A stretch of 46,669 bases of DNA, taken from the IMG/VR virus record IMGVR_UViG_3300010236_000002; one strand, written 5' to 3'. Position 1 is the stretch's first letter. Each line of letters opens with the position of its first letter. A program made the translations under genes and the position numbers. Below, in pieces: positions 31,815-40,406 of the stretch. The notes under the pieces were generated by a model. That model was not told the origin of the DNA. It saw nothing but the letters and a program-made list of their open reading frames with translations, and made no database searches. Origin of the DNA: a virus.

Positions 31815-34800
31815 GTGGCACTAAATCTTGACCCAGGACAAACAGGCGGAGGGAATGTGACGAGCATAGGGAGCGTGGAGTATCACTATCCACGAGGCCT
31901 AGACCTTCGTCCAAGTGGGCCTATACATGCCAAGCTTCTTGCTCGACTCAACCAGCGTATTATGGAGAGCTCAAATGAAATTAGCAAGAGACATAGCAGC
32001 TGGAAGAAGATAGACCGTACTCTTACGGCGTATATCCCGCTGGATGATGCGGAGAAGAAGGTACAAGATAGAGATGAGAGGAAGCCAGTATCTATTGTCA
32101 TTCCCTATAGCTTCGCTACTCTGGAGACTTTGCTTACTTACTTCTCTGCTGCCTTTCTTGAGTATCCTATTTTTAAGTATAGTGGCCACGGCCCCGAGGA
32201 TCGGGTCGGTGCGATACTGTTGGAGAAGGTTATCGAGATGCAGTCGAGAAGAGCTAAAATGGCTCTTGCTCTGCATACTGCTTTCCGAGACGGCTGGGCT
32301 TATGGACTGGGTGCAGTCGCTCCTTATTGGGATAAAGTATGGGGGAAGAAGACTGTTGTGGAAGATGCGACGTTCTTCTCTGCGCTCTTTGCTAAAATGA
32401 TGAGTAGTGGACAGAAGAGGGTCACTAAGGATGTAGTGCTCTACGAAGGGAACTATCTGAGAAACATTGATCCTTATTGCATCCTGCCAGACCCAAACGT
32501 GCCTATACATGAAGTGCAGAAGGGCGAGAGCTTTGGTTGGATTGATACTAGTAACTATCTGGCTATTCTAAGCGAAGAGCAGAGCGACCCACAGAACTGC
32601 TTCAATGCAAGATATCTCGCAGGCTATCGTGGTGCTAGTGGGAACAGTATCTATAACAAGGCGAAGAGTAGTAGTGGCCGTGAAGAACGCTTTGGTGTAG
32701 GCACACAGAGCGCGGCTAGCTCTACAAGTCCGATAGATAAGGTCTATCTCTACGTAAACCTAATTCCGAAGGATTGGGGCCTTGGGTCGCAGGAGTATCC
32801 GGAGAAGTGGCTCTTCTGTGTGGCAGCAGACAAAATCATCTTGCAGGCTCGGCCTCTTGGCCTGAACCACGGAATGTTTCCTGTAGCTACATGCAGCCCG
32901 GACTATGATGGCTATAGCGTGAGCCCAGTCTCTAGACTTGAGCTTATAGGCGGACTCCAGACGACTCTCGATTGGCTCGTAAACTGCTATGATGACCAGA
33001 CTGAGGTACTTACAGATAGAGGCTGGGTCTTGCTATCAGAAACTATAGATAGTGACCGAGTAGCTACTGTAGACCCTGTGACTAGAGGCTTCTGGTTTGA
33101 ACAGCCTAAACAATGGTTCGAGTATGACTACGATGGCTGGATGCTTAACTTTAAGTCTTCCAGAATGGATATATGCGTAACTCCACACCATAACATGTTT
33201 GCTCGAAGAAGATATAAAGGTAGCTGGGATTTTATTCCTGCTATTAACTTAGCTTTGGATGCTAAGAGTGAGTATAAAACGATAGGAAACCTTAACTGGA
33301 ATGGCGTTGAGCCTAACGCAGTTGAGTTCGCTGCAGAGCAACCTAAGAGAGATAGGGGACACGAAGTTAAGTACAAAAAGGCTAGAATAGAGCCTTTAGT
33401 TTTAGCTGGCTTCCTAGGCTGGTTTTTGTCTGAGGGTTCTATTTCTAAAGGTAAAGTTAGTGGCTCATATGCTATTTCTATCAAACAGGCTAAGAGAGAA
33501 AACTATGCAGATATAGATGGAATTATGTCTGCGATGCCCTTTCACGTAACCAAAACTTGGGATGATAAGAAAGATGCCACTCAGTGGACTATTACAGATA
33601 AGCGTCTATACATGTGGCTGAAGGATAATTGTTATAGTAGCGAAGGCACTACAAGTGAATTTAAAAAAGTACCTTTCTTTGTGAAGGCTTGGGATACTTA
33701 TTATCTCGAGCTTCTGTTTGAACGCGCTATCTTAGGTGATGGGTACTGGATAAAAGGTAGAGACAACTTAGCACAGTATGGATCCAAAAGTAAGCAGTTA
33801 GTAGATGACTTACAGGAGGTAGCCCTTAGACTAGGCTACTTTAGTCATACTAAGCTGTCTACTACACCTGCTGGGTTGCCTTTCTACGTACTAAACATTA
33901 GTACCAGCGAAACTAATCCTACAATAACTACTAGAAACTGTTATAAAACGCAGTATAAAGGAAAGGTTTACTGTTTTGAAAATTCTACTCATCTGACGGT
34001 GACTCGACGTAATGGAAAGGTGGCCATCCAAGGCCAGTCCCACATACAGAATGTGCGGAAGTCTATCAACGACATGCTCGTGGTTGATCCTAGCCTCGTA
34101 AACATAAACGACTTGCTCGACCCTGCACCTGGAAAGCTGATTCGTATGCGTAGGGCAGCATGGGGAAGGGGAGTGCAAAATGCTGTATCTCAGCTTGCTG
34201 TTAATGACATTACTCGTAGCCATATCCAGGACAGTGCCTACATCACGGAGCTTATTAAGACGTGTTCTGGTAGTGTTGATAGTGTCATGGGTCTTGCACG
34301 TACTGGTTCTGAGCGAGTGTCTGCAGACGAAAGTAGAGGAACAAGGATGGCTGCTCTTTCTCGTCTAACGAAGGCTGCGAAGGTTGTCTCACTCCAGATG
34401 ATGCAGGATCTTAGCTACATGCTTGCAAGCCATACGCAGCAGTTGATGACGAGACAAGTCTACGTGGAGGCTACAGGGCGATGGGAAGAAGAACTTCGTT
34501 CACAGTATCCTGATCAGAGTAGGATAAACGTAGACCCATTGAAGCTTTCGATAGACTACGATATTGTTGAGGGCGATGGAAGTTTACCAACGGGCGAGAA
34601 TGCAGATGTGATGACTACGCTCTTCCAGAGTATCGTCTCTCAACCTATGCTCTCACAACAGTTCGATATTGTGAGGATCTTCCAGCGCATCTGTATGATG
34701 ATGGGAGTCAAGGACGTGAATGAGTTTAAGCTTCGCCAGCAGCAAGGGACACTACCGAATGCTGCGGCTATCACGATGCCAGACCAGGTGGTGGAAAGTG

Positions 34801-34835
34801 AAGCGCAGAAAGGGAACTTGGTACCGATAGAATGA
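31815..34835 (+). CDS. Portal protein interrupted by an intein (1006 aa; 655 aa after excision)
   Basis: Lies directly after terL and before the scaffold and capsid genes. Extein size is typical of portals. The intein is defined separately. Confidence 0.75.
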   Translation: MALNLDPGQTGGGNVTSIGSVEYHYPRGLDLRPSGPIHAKLLARLNQRIMESSNEISKRHSSWKKIDRTLTAYIPLDDAEKKVQDRDERKPVSIVIPYSFATLETLLTYFSAAFLEYPIFKYSGHGPEDRVGAILLEKVIEMQSRRAKMALALHTAFRDGWAYGLGAVAPYWDKVWGKKTVVEDATFFSALFAKMMSSGQKRVTKDVVLYEGNYLRNIDPYCILPDPNVPIHEVQKGESFGWIDTSNYLAILSEEQSDPQNCFNARYLAGYRGASGNSIYNKAKSSSGREERFGVGTQSAASSTSPIDKVYLYVNLIPKDWGLGSQEYPEKWLFCVAADKIILQARPLGLNHGMFPVATCSPDYDGYSVSPVSRLELIGGLQTTLDWLVNCYDDQTEVLTDRGWVLLSETIDSDRVATVDPVTRGFWFEQPKQWFEYDYDGWMLNFKSSRMDICVTPHHNMFARRRYKGSWDFIPAINLALDAKSEYKTIGNLNWNGVEPNAVEFAAEQPKRDRGHEVKYKKARIEPLVLAGFLGWFLSEGSISKGKVSGSYAISIKQAKRENYADIDGIMSAMPFHVTKTWDDKKDATQWTITDKRLYMWLKDNCYSSEGTTSEFKKVPFFVKAWDTYYLELLFERAILGDGYWIKGRDNLAQYGSKSKQLVDDLQEVALRLGYFSHTKLSTTPAGLPFYVLNISTSETNPTITTRNCYKTQYKGKVYCFENSTHLTVTRRNGKVAIQGQSHIQNVRKSINDMLVVDPSLVNINDLLDPAPGKLIRMRRAAWGRGVQNAVSQLAVNDITRSHIQDSAYITELIKTCSGSVDSVMGLARTGSERVSADESRGTRMAALSRLTKAAKVVSLQMMQDLSYMLASHTQQLMTRQVYVEATGRWEEELRSQYPDQSRINVDPLKLSIDYDIVEGDGSLPTGENADVMTTLFQSIVSQPMLSQQFDIVRIFQRICMMMGVKDVNEFKLRQQQGTLPNAAAITMPDQVVESEAQKGNLVPIE
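32985..34037 (+). mobile_element. Intein (351 aa, Cys1 ... Gly-Gln / Ser+1) with LAGLIDADG homing endonuclease in the portal gene
   Basis: The TGC Cys codon is at 32985-32987 (DWLVN|CYDDQTEVLTDRGW). Block B is VTPHHN; LAGLIDADG-type motifs are LAGFLGWFLSEGS and LLFERAILGDGY. The C-terminus is KVAIQGQ|SHIQN, with the Gln codon at 34035-34037. It aligns without gaps to the last 28 aa of the polymerase intein. Low GC. Confidence 0.8.
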
Positions 34836-35113
34836 ACGAAGATAGGCTGGAGATATCTATAAGCGACCTTGAGAGCTTTGCAGAGAATAGGGTCTGGAGA
34901 CTCCTCGTGCAAGCTGCGATCAGTAGGACGAATGAGGAAGTAGAAAGAATTATTGGAACTAGTGCCTTCAAAGATCCTGATGTGATTAGCAGAGGACAGG
35001 GCTATATAGAAGGCATGAACTTCATGATTGATTATCCAGCAGTGCTTAAGGAACAGCTGGAATACCAACAACAAGAGGAGACTTGGAAAGATGGGAATAG
35101 AGAACGAGATTAA
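34832..35113 (+). CDS. Hypothetical protein (93 aa)
   Basis: The ATG overlaps the portal stop (ATGA). Confidence 0.5.
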   Translation: MNEDRLEISISDLESFAENRVWRLLVQAAISRTNEEVERIIGTSAFKDPDVISRGQGYIEGMNFMIDYPAVLKEQLEYQQQEETWKDGNRERD

Positions 35114-35930
35114 TGATATTTTAGGTGATGCGCTTCCAGTGGCAGAGCCTGTTGTGGATGAACCTATAGCAGCTCCGGCGGAGCCTGTCGCTGATTCGAC
35201 ACCTGCCGAACCGGAGCCTACAGCTGCTCCTGATGCGCCTCAGGAGCCTGTTGCCGAGCCTACTGGAGAGCCTGTCACCCCTCCTGCAGAGCCTCCAGTA
35301 GAGCCGGCTCCCAATCAGGGCGATCCGAGAGATGCGCAGATTGCGCAGTTGAACGAGACGATTGCTGCATTGCAGAAGACTATCAACGATGTGGTGGTGA
35401 AGCAGACACAGGAGGTAGCGCCAGCAAGTGAGCCAGCTGCTCCAGCCGCTATGAAGTTCGTGGAGAGCGAAGAGGCTCTGGATGAGGCACTGAAGACGGT
35501 AGATAACTTCAATGCTATGATGAGTAATGCGATGCAGAAGATGCAAGAACAGATGGCCGAAATGGTGCAGCAGATGGCCCTCCAAGTGGCACATGGGGTC
35601 TACTCCCAACGGGCAGCCGCTGATGACTTCTATCGGGCGAACCAAGACCTTGCAGCGAACAAAGCCTTCGTTGGGATGGTAGCAGATGAAATAGCTGCTG
35701 CACACCCTGATTGGGATATGTTTCAGGTGATGGAGACTTTAGGAGTAGAAGTTAGGAATAGGCTGAAGTTGGCTAACCCGAATGCACCAGTTGTGCCGAA
35801 CGAGCCTGTGCCATCGAACGAGCCTGCTCCAGCATTTGCCGGAAAGCAAGGGGCTAGACCAAGTGGTGGAGCTCCGCAACTTAGTCCTCAGCAGAAAGAG
35901 ATCAACGCTCTGCTAGACGGGTTTCTCTGA
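35091..35930 (+). CDS. Putative scaffolding protein (279 aa)
   Basis: ATG 35091 follows AGGAGACTTGGAAAG. N-terminus is a P/E/A-rich repeat (AEPV...EPVAEPTGEPV), followed by long helical Q/A/M-rich segments. Lies between the portal and capsid genes. Confidence 0.5.
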   Translation: MGIENEINDILGDALPVAEPVVDEPIAAPAEPVADSTPAEPEPTAAPDAPQEPVAEPTGEPVTPPAEPPVEPAPNQGDPRDAQIAQLNETIAALQKTINDVVVKQTQEVAPASEPAAPAAMKFVESEEALDEALKTVDNFNAMMSNAMQKMQEQMAEMVQQMALQVAHGVYSQRAAADDFYRANQDLAANKAFVGMVADEIAAAHPDWDMFQVMETLGVEVRNRLKLANPNAPVVPNEPVPSNEPAPAFAGKQGARPSGGAPQLSPQQKEINALLDGFL

Positions 35931-35933
35931 TAA

Positions 35934-35956
35934 CTATGTTTATAAATTGAACATAG
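35934..35956. repeat. Palindromic element copy 14 (ctatgtttataaattgaacatag)
   Basis: Lies 4 nt after the scaffold stop and 164 nt upstream of ATG 36120. Confidence 0.9.
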
Positions 35957-36119
35957 ACATATAACAAAGACAAGGCTTCTAAGCATACTAACGGGACGAG
36001 AGCTAGTCGTTGTGTAAGCACTGAGGTGCTCGACAAGGCGAAGCGAAGTTAGGTGAGCTAAGAGAAGGCTTGCAGCGGATAGAGGATTCAACTTTAACTC
36101 GAACAAGAAAGGAAATAAG

Positions 36120-37076
36120 ATGGCCGGATTAGATAAGTTTTTATACCGCCTGGCTAGGAGAGGCGAGCTTGCTTATGCGAAACTGCAGGGCAAGACGGTC
36201 GTAGATGCGGGAAGCACCACGATTAAGGTGCTGCTGAAGGATTCCAGTGGAAAGATCCTTCTAGCGACTGGAACTACAGTTCCGACAGATAGTGTGCCTG
36301 GATATGCGAAAGGCTGTATCTTCATCGACACTGATGCGGGAGCAGGCTCACAGGGTGCCTATATCAACGTAGGCACGAATGCAGCGTGCAACTTCGATGT
36401 GATTACCCCTATCGGTACTGGAGATGTAGACACGACTCAGCTGGCTGATGATGCAGTGACGCTGGATAAGCTCGATGCCATAGCACGAGGTTCTATCATT
36501 GTCGGTGGAGTTGACGACGCTCCCACTGCGCTTAGTGCCAAGACTGATAAGCAGATTCTGATTGGCGATGGGACAGATTTAAAGTCTGTTGCAGTTAGCG
36601 GGGACGTAACTATTGCTAACACTGGGGCAGTTACAATCGGCGCGAAGAAAGTTCTCTCCACTATGCTCGCTGACGCAGTGTTGCATGTAGACAAAGTGTC
36701 GATTAGCAAGGAAGATATTCTGACCGCTACGACAATCAAGACACTTGTTGCGGCTCCTCCGGAAGGCTATTATCTGGAGTTCCTCAGTGCATCGCTGACG
36801 TATAAGTATGCTACTGCACCGTACGCAGACGGTGGAAACATCTCCATAGGTTGGGTAGGCGGAGCAGCGTTGACTGGTGTAGCGAGTGCAGCGGACAGCT
36901 TTAGGAAGGGATCAGATACGATCCTTCAATTCGTTCCTCTGAGCACAGCAGCGAACACGCTGGTGAAAGAGACAGCTCTTGGTCTACAGACTGCTGGACA
37001 GTTCACCGACCCAGGCACTGCAGCTGGTACGGCCGAAGTAACCATCGCCTATCGCATCCTGCCGATTGAGGCTTAA
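36120..37076 (+). CDS. Virion structural protein (318 aa), head-fibre/decoration-like
   Basis: SD AAAGGAAATAAG. Contains fibre-like repeats (TTQLADDAVTLDKLDAIARGS...VTIANTGAVTIGAKK). Located in the head module. Confidence 0.5.
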   Translation: MAGLDKFLYRLARRGELAYAKLQGKTVVDAGSTTIKVLLKDSSGKILLATGTTVPTDSVPGYAKGCIFIDTDAGAGSQGAYINVGTNAACNFDVITPIGTGDVDTTQLADDAVTLDKLDAIARGSIIVGGVDDAPTALSAKTDKQILIGDGTDLKSVAVSGDVTIANTGAVTIGAKKVLSTMLADAVLHVDKVSISKEDILTATTIKTLVAAPPEGYYLEFLSASLTYKYATAPYADGGNISIGWVGGAALTGVASAADSFRKGSDTILQFVPLSTAANTLVKETALGLQTAGQFTDPGTAAGTAEVTIAYRILPIEA

Positions 37077-37103
37077 TAAGTAAGAAAGAGAGGTCTATAG
37101 ATA

Positions 37104-37718
37104 ATGAGTGTAGATATTAACGCGGAGTGGACTCAGGAGATCAACACCCTGATTATCACAAATGGAGCGGCAGCTGATACGACTACGGTCTATGCCGATA
37201 CCGATATTGATGATACTACTGGTTATGATGGAGCTACGGAAGCTGCTGGAGGCGATCTTATCCTGGCAGCGATCGCTACGCGGCAGAACGTTGCTAGGAA
37301 CGTAGTTGCCACAGTGACGGATGCTGATGCTTCGATCACTGGTGGCTACGCAGCTGTCTATGGCTACGACGCCAATGGAATTCCCGCGAGAGAACTGTTC
37401 ACCTTCGCAGGTGGAACGGAGACTGTTACGGGAAACGTGGCCTTCGCAACGGTGGATAAGATTACCATCTGGGGCTTCACGGGAACGGTTGCTAATACTG
37501 ACGATAACATCAAGTTTGGTGGCGGAGTGAAGCTTGGTCTGCCTATGGGCGGGAATTGTGCGCTGCTTGATGTTATCAAGGAGAGTGCTGGCGGTAGCCT
37601 TCAGGTCGTAAACCACGCTGGCATTGACAGAACCTATGGAACTTATACCTGCACATCCGCCCTGAACGGGACGAATGAACAGGAAATCACATACACCTTC
37701 AAGCGGCGAATTCGCTAG
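37104..37718 (+). CDS. Hypothetical structural protein (204 aa)
   Basis: ATG 37104 is downstream of AGAGAGG. Located in the head module. Confidence 0.5.
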   Translation: MSVDINAEWTQEINTLIITNGAAADTTTVYADTDIDDTTGYDGATEAAGGDLILAAIATRQNVARNVVATVTDADASITGGYAAVYGYDANGIPARELFTFAGGTETVTGNVAFATVDKITIWGFTGTVANTDDNIKFGGGVKLGLPMGGNCALLDVIKESAGGSLQVVNHAGIDRTYGTYTCTSALNGTNEQEITYTFKRRIR

Positions 37719-37741
37719 AGTGAAAGAGAGGTAATAGAGCT

Positions 37742-37893
37742 ATGTTTGGAATGAGAGGAACCGGAGATTGGGTCACCGATCAGAGGCCGAAGAATTTTAG
37801 GGAAACGATGCTTTTTCTGTACCCCAACGGACAGCTTCCGCTGACCGCTATGATGAGTAAGATGAAGAACGAGGCTGTAGATGATCCTGAGTT
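37742..37893 (+). CDS. Major capsid protein, exon 1
   Basis: MFGMRGTGDWVTDQRPKNFRETMLFLYPNGQLPLTAMMSKMKNEAVDDPEF... ends at an in-frame TAG only 8 nt past the proposed splice site. The reading frame continues at 38787. Confidence 0.7.
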
Positions 37894-38786
37894 TAGGTTC
37901 TAGGTCCACCTAGATATTGGACTCCTTCCGGCGAAATCCGGATGCAAAATGGCAGAAATTGCTGGAACATCCTAAAGCCTTCTTGACCAAAGCGTGAAAC
38001 TAAGAAAGGATAGTACAATGGACGATCAGCAGGGAAACTTACTAAATGTGATGGATAAGTATTTTGATGTTATGGCCTATTCTATAGGCGCACTTACAGG
38101 AGATGGGCACACTAGAAACTATGTTGTACAAAGAGACGGCGGTAAAGGTTTTCAAGTTACTTACCCTGTCACGATTAGCAACATGGATATGGATTGTGTA
38201 GGTAGAGTTTGCTGGGAGATCAATAGCCTCTTTGATAAGGCATACGACATTGTACCTTATAACAACGTAAATGGTACGCAGATGTTCAGGCTAGCGATCA
38301 ACAACTCTATCATTAACCAGTTCTTCGCATACTTTATTGGAGAGAAACAGTTTGTAGCAGACGAAGTATTTAGAGCGAGTAAGCAGGCAAAGTTAGATTA
38401 TCTCGCTGGACTGTTTGACACCGATGGGTATGTAGCGGAGATAAAGCATCCGCAATCTAAGTATGGCTACTCCTGGAGAGTTGGTTTTGCGTCTAGGCAT
38501 AGAACTTTTGTAGAAGATGTAACTAGGCTAATGCAGAAACTTGGGATTAAAGTTGGCAGTATATACTCTCAAGTATCTGGTCATGGGACAGTGATGTTTG
38601 TTATAAAGCCAAATATCAGGTCCTTTATCGAAGCTGGTTGCTACTTCAACATAAAGCGAAAGAATGATAGACTTAAACATTACATGAGTGCAATGAAATA
38701 GTAAGACCTTCAGAGACTATAATGCCAAGACCTTGACTAAGGTTTAAGATATAGTCCGGCGTTAGTTGAAAGGCTAACGATAGAAG
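37894..38786 (+). mobile_element. Group I intron (893 nt in the best model) carrying a LAGLIDADG endonuclease ORF, inserted in the major capsid gene
   Basis: P1: exon/intron TTTAGGT (37892-37898) pairs with ACCTAGA (37908-37914), with a U37893-G37913 wobble at the 5' splice site. A J8/7-P7-like TAAGATATAGTCCGG lies at 38745-38759, with complementary CCGGA at 37936-37940. The intron ends in G38786. Joining gives ...DDPEF|NWWTKNLPTQR in frame (433 aa). Boundaries are +/- a few nt. Confidence 0.75.
38018..38701 (+). CDS. LAGLIDADG homing endonuclease (227 aa), intron-encoded
   Basis: Two LAGLIDADG motifs (YSIGALTGDGH and YLAGLFDTDGY). ATG 38018 follows GAAAGGA. Low GC. Confidence 0.85.
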   Translation: MDDQQGNLLNVMDKYFDVMAYSIGALTGDGHTRNYVVQRDGGKGFQVTYPVTISNMDMDCVGRVCWEINSLFDKAYDIVPYNNVNGTQMFRLAINNSIINQFFAYFIGEKQFVADEVFRASKQAKLDYLAGLFDTDGYVAEIKHPQSKYGYSWRVGFASRHRTFVEDVTRLMQKLGIKVGSIYSQVSGHGTVMFVIKPNIRSFIEAGCYFNIKRKNDRLKHYMSAMK

Positions 38787-39936
38787 CAATTGGTGGACAA
38801 AGAACCTGCCGACTCAGAGGGCTACGATCACTGGCGTCTATACCGACGCTGCTATGAACGTGGCATATACTAGCGGTGGAGTTGCAGGTAGCGTGCTGTA
38901 CTGCAAGATGGGATCTGCCGATATCGTGCACTTCCGCGCTGGCCATCAGGTTCTCCTGCGGGATGCCAGTGACTTCACGGTTGATGTGAATGCGAAGGTT
39001 ATTGCGATCTCTAACAACGGGACGTCGAGCTTCATTCAGGTGAAGCTACTGGAAGCTGACGATAATAGCGCACACGGCCACGATCTGAGCGATGCAGATA
39101 CTGCGATTATCATCGGTAACATCAACGCTGAAGGTGCAACGATGCCTTCGGCTATCTCCTATGATCCTGTGAAGCTGTATAACTACACCCAGATCTTCCG
39201 CACCCCGTTGAGCATCACCAGAACAGCGAGGAAGACCAAGCTTCGCACGGGTGATGCCTATAACGAAATGAAGCGGGAAGCCCTGGAACTCCACGGGATC
39301 GAGATGGAGAAGGCCTTCCTTTTCGGTGTGAAGACGGAGAACACTGGCGACAACGGAAAGCCTGAGAGAACCACGGAAGGCCTTATCACCTGCATTCGTG
39401 CAAACAATGCTACGAATGGTGTAGATGATTTCTCCTTGTCCAGCACCTACAGTGGTAAGGGATGGACTGAAGATGGTGGTGGTGAAGACTGGCTTGACAC
39501 CGTTCTTATGAACCTGTTTATGTATGGTAGGGACACCAAGTTGGCCTTCTGTGGCAACGGTGCTCTGCTGGGTATCAACAAGCTGGCTAAAGCTGGTAGC
39601 CATTTCAACATCACGCCTACCACGATCGGCTATGGCATCAAGGTCATGGAGTGGATCACGCCCTATGGAACGCTGATGCTGAAGACGCATCCGCTGTTCA
39701 ACTATGAAACCACGCTTCGTTACTCGATGCTCTGCTTCGAGCCTGAGAATCTCTCCTATCGCTACATCGACGATACGTCGTTCTATGGCGAGGGAGGGAA
39801 GACTGCTGCTAGTGGAACGAACGCTGGACGGAAGGACGGAACGGATGAGGAGTATCTCACCGAAGCCGGTCTTGAGTATCATCATCCCTACACCGCAGCT
39901 TTCCTGAATGGTGTTGGTGTAGATAACGCTGTATAG
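38787..39936 (+). CDS. Major capsid protein, exon 2
   Basis: The frame is open from 38770 and there is no SD before the first ATG (38854). It continues the exon 1 sequence. The spliced product is 433 aa, is followed by a strong terminator, and lies in the head module. Confidence 0.7.
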
Positions 39937-39976
39937 GCGATAGAAGTGCCGTAGGTCTTCTCCTCTTATGCGGCAT

Positions 39977-40026
39977 GGGTTTGTGGGAGTACATACTCCA
40001 GCCGTGCTTCCACAAACCCTTTGTTT
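39977..40026 (+). terminator. Intrinsic terminator after the major capsid gene
   Basis: GGGTTTGTGG (39977-39986) pairs with CCACAAACCC (40010-40019). There is an inner GGAGTAcaTACTCC hairpin, and the stem is followed by TTTGTTT. Confidence 0.7.
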
Positions 40027-40041
40027 AAAATTTGAACATAG
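40019..40041. repeat. Palindromic element copy 15 (ctttgtttaaaatttgaacatag)
   Basis: Overlaps the T-tract of the capsid terminator and lies 20 nt upstream of ATG 40061. Confidence 0.9.
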
Positions 40042-40060
40042 AGGAAAGAAAGGACGAGAT

Positions 40061-40396
40061 ATGTTTGTATTCGAGACAATGGGAGTTGCTGGTGGTTTTG
40101 AGACGCTTAGTGATACTACTAGTGCGATAGGCTTCACTGCTGCTACAATAGCACCGACGACAGGGAACCATGCTGGGAAGAAAGCTAAGGCTGCGCTTAT
40201 TTCGGTGGAGACCGCAGATATCCGCTTTACGCTTGATGGAACTACGCCGACTGTAACTGCAGGTACAGCTGCCGGGCACTTGGTACCTTCTGATGGGGAG
40301 TACGAGATCAAGGGAAGCGCGAACGTAGCGAACTTTCAGTGCATCAATGCGGTAGCGAGTAACGGTGCAGTTGTTAAGTGCACATTCTTTTTCTAG
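40061..40396 (+). CDS. Small structural protein (111 aa)
   Basis: ATG 40061 follows GAGGAAAGAAAGGA. The longer ORF-track version starts inside the terminator. Confidence 0.55.
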   Translation: MFVFETMGVAGGFETLSDTTSAIGFTAATIAPTTGNHAGKKAKAALISVETADIRFTLDGTTPTVTAGTAAGHLVPSDGEYEIKGSANVANFQCINAVASNGAVVKCTFFF

Positions 40397-40406
40397 GAGT
40401 ATGACT

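Noticed and set aside
36089-36110. ttcaactttaactcgaacaag upstream of ATG 36120 as an additional palindrome copy; also half-sites at 16171-16190 and 37737-37750
   Set aside because: Only one arm or a wrongly spaced pair of arms is present. They may be decayed copies but cannot be distinguished from chance.
39046-40311. 421-aa ORF on the minus strand
   Set aside because: It is antisense to capsid exon 2, the capsid terminator and the next structural gene. It has no SD and a low-complexity Ser/Val/Arg-rich translation, so it is a shadow ORF of strongly supported plus-strand genes.
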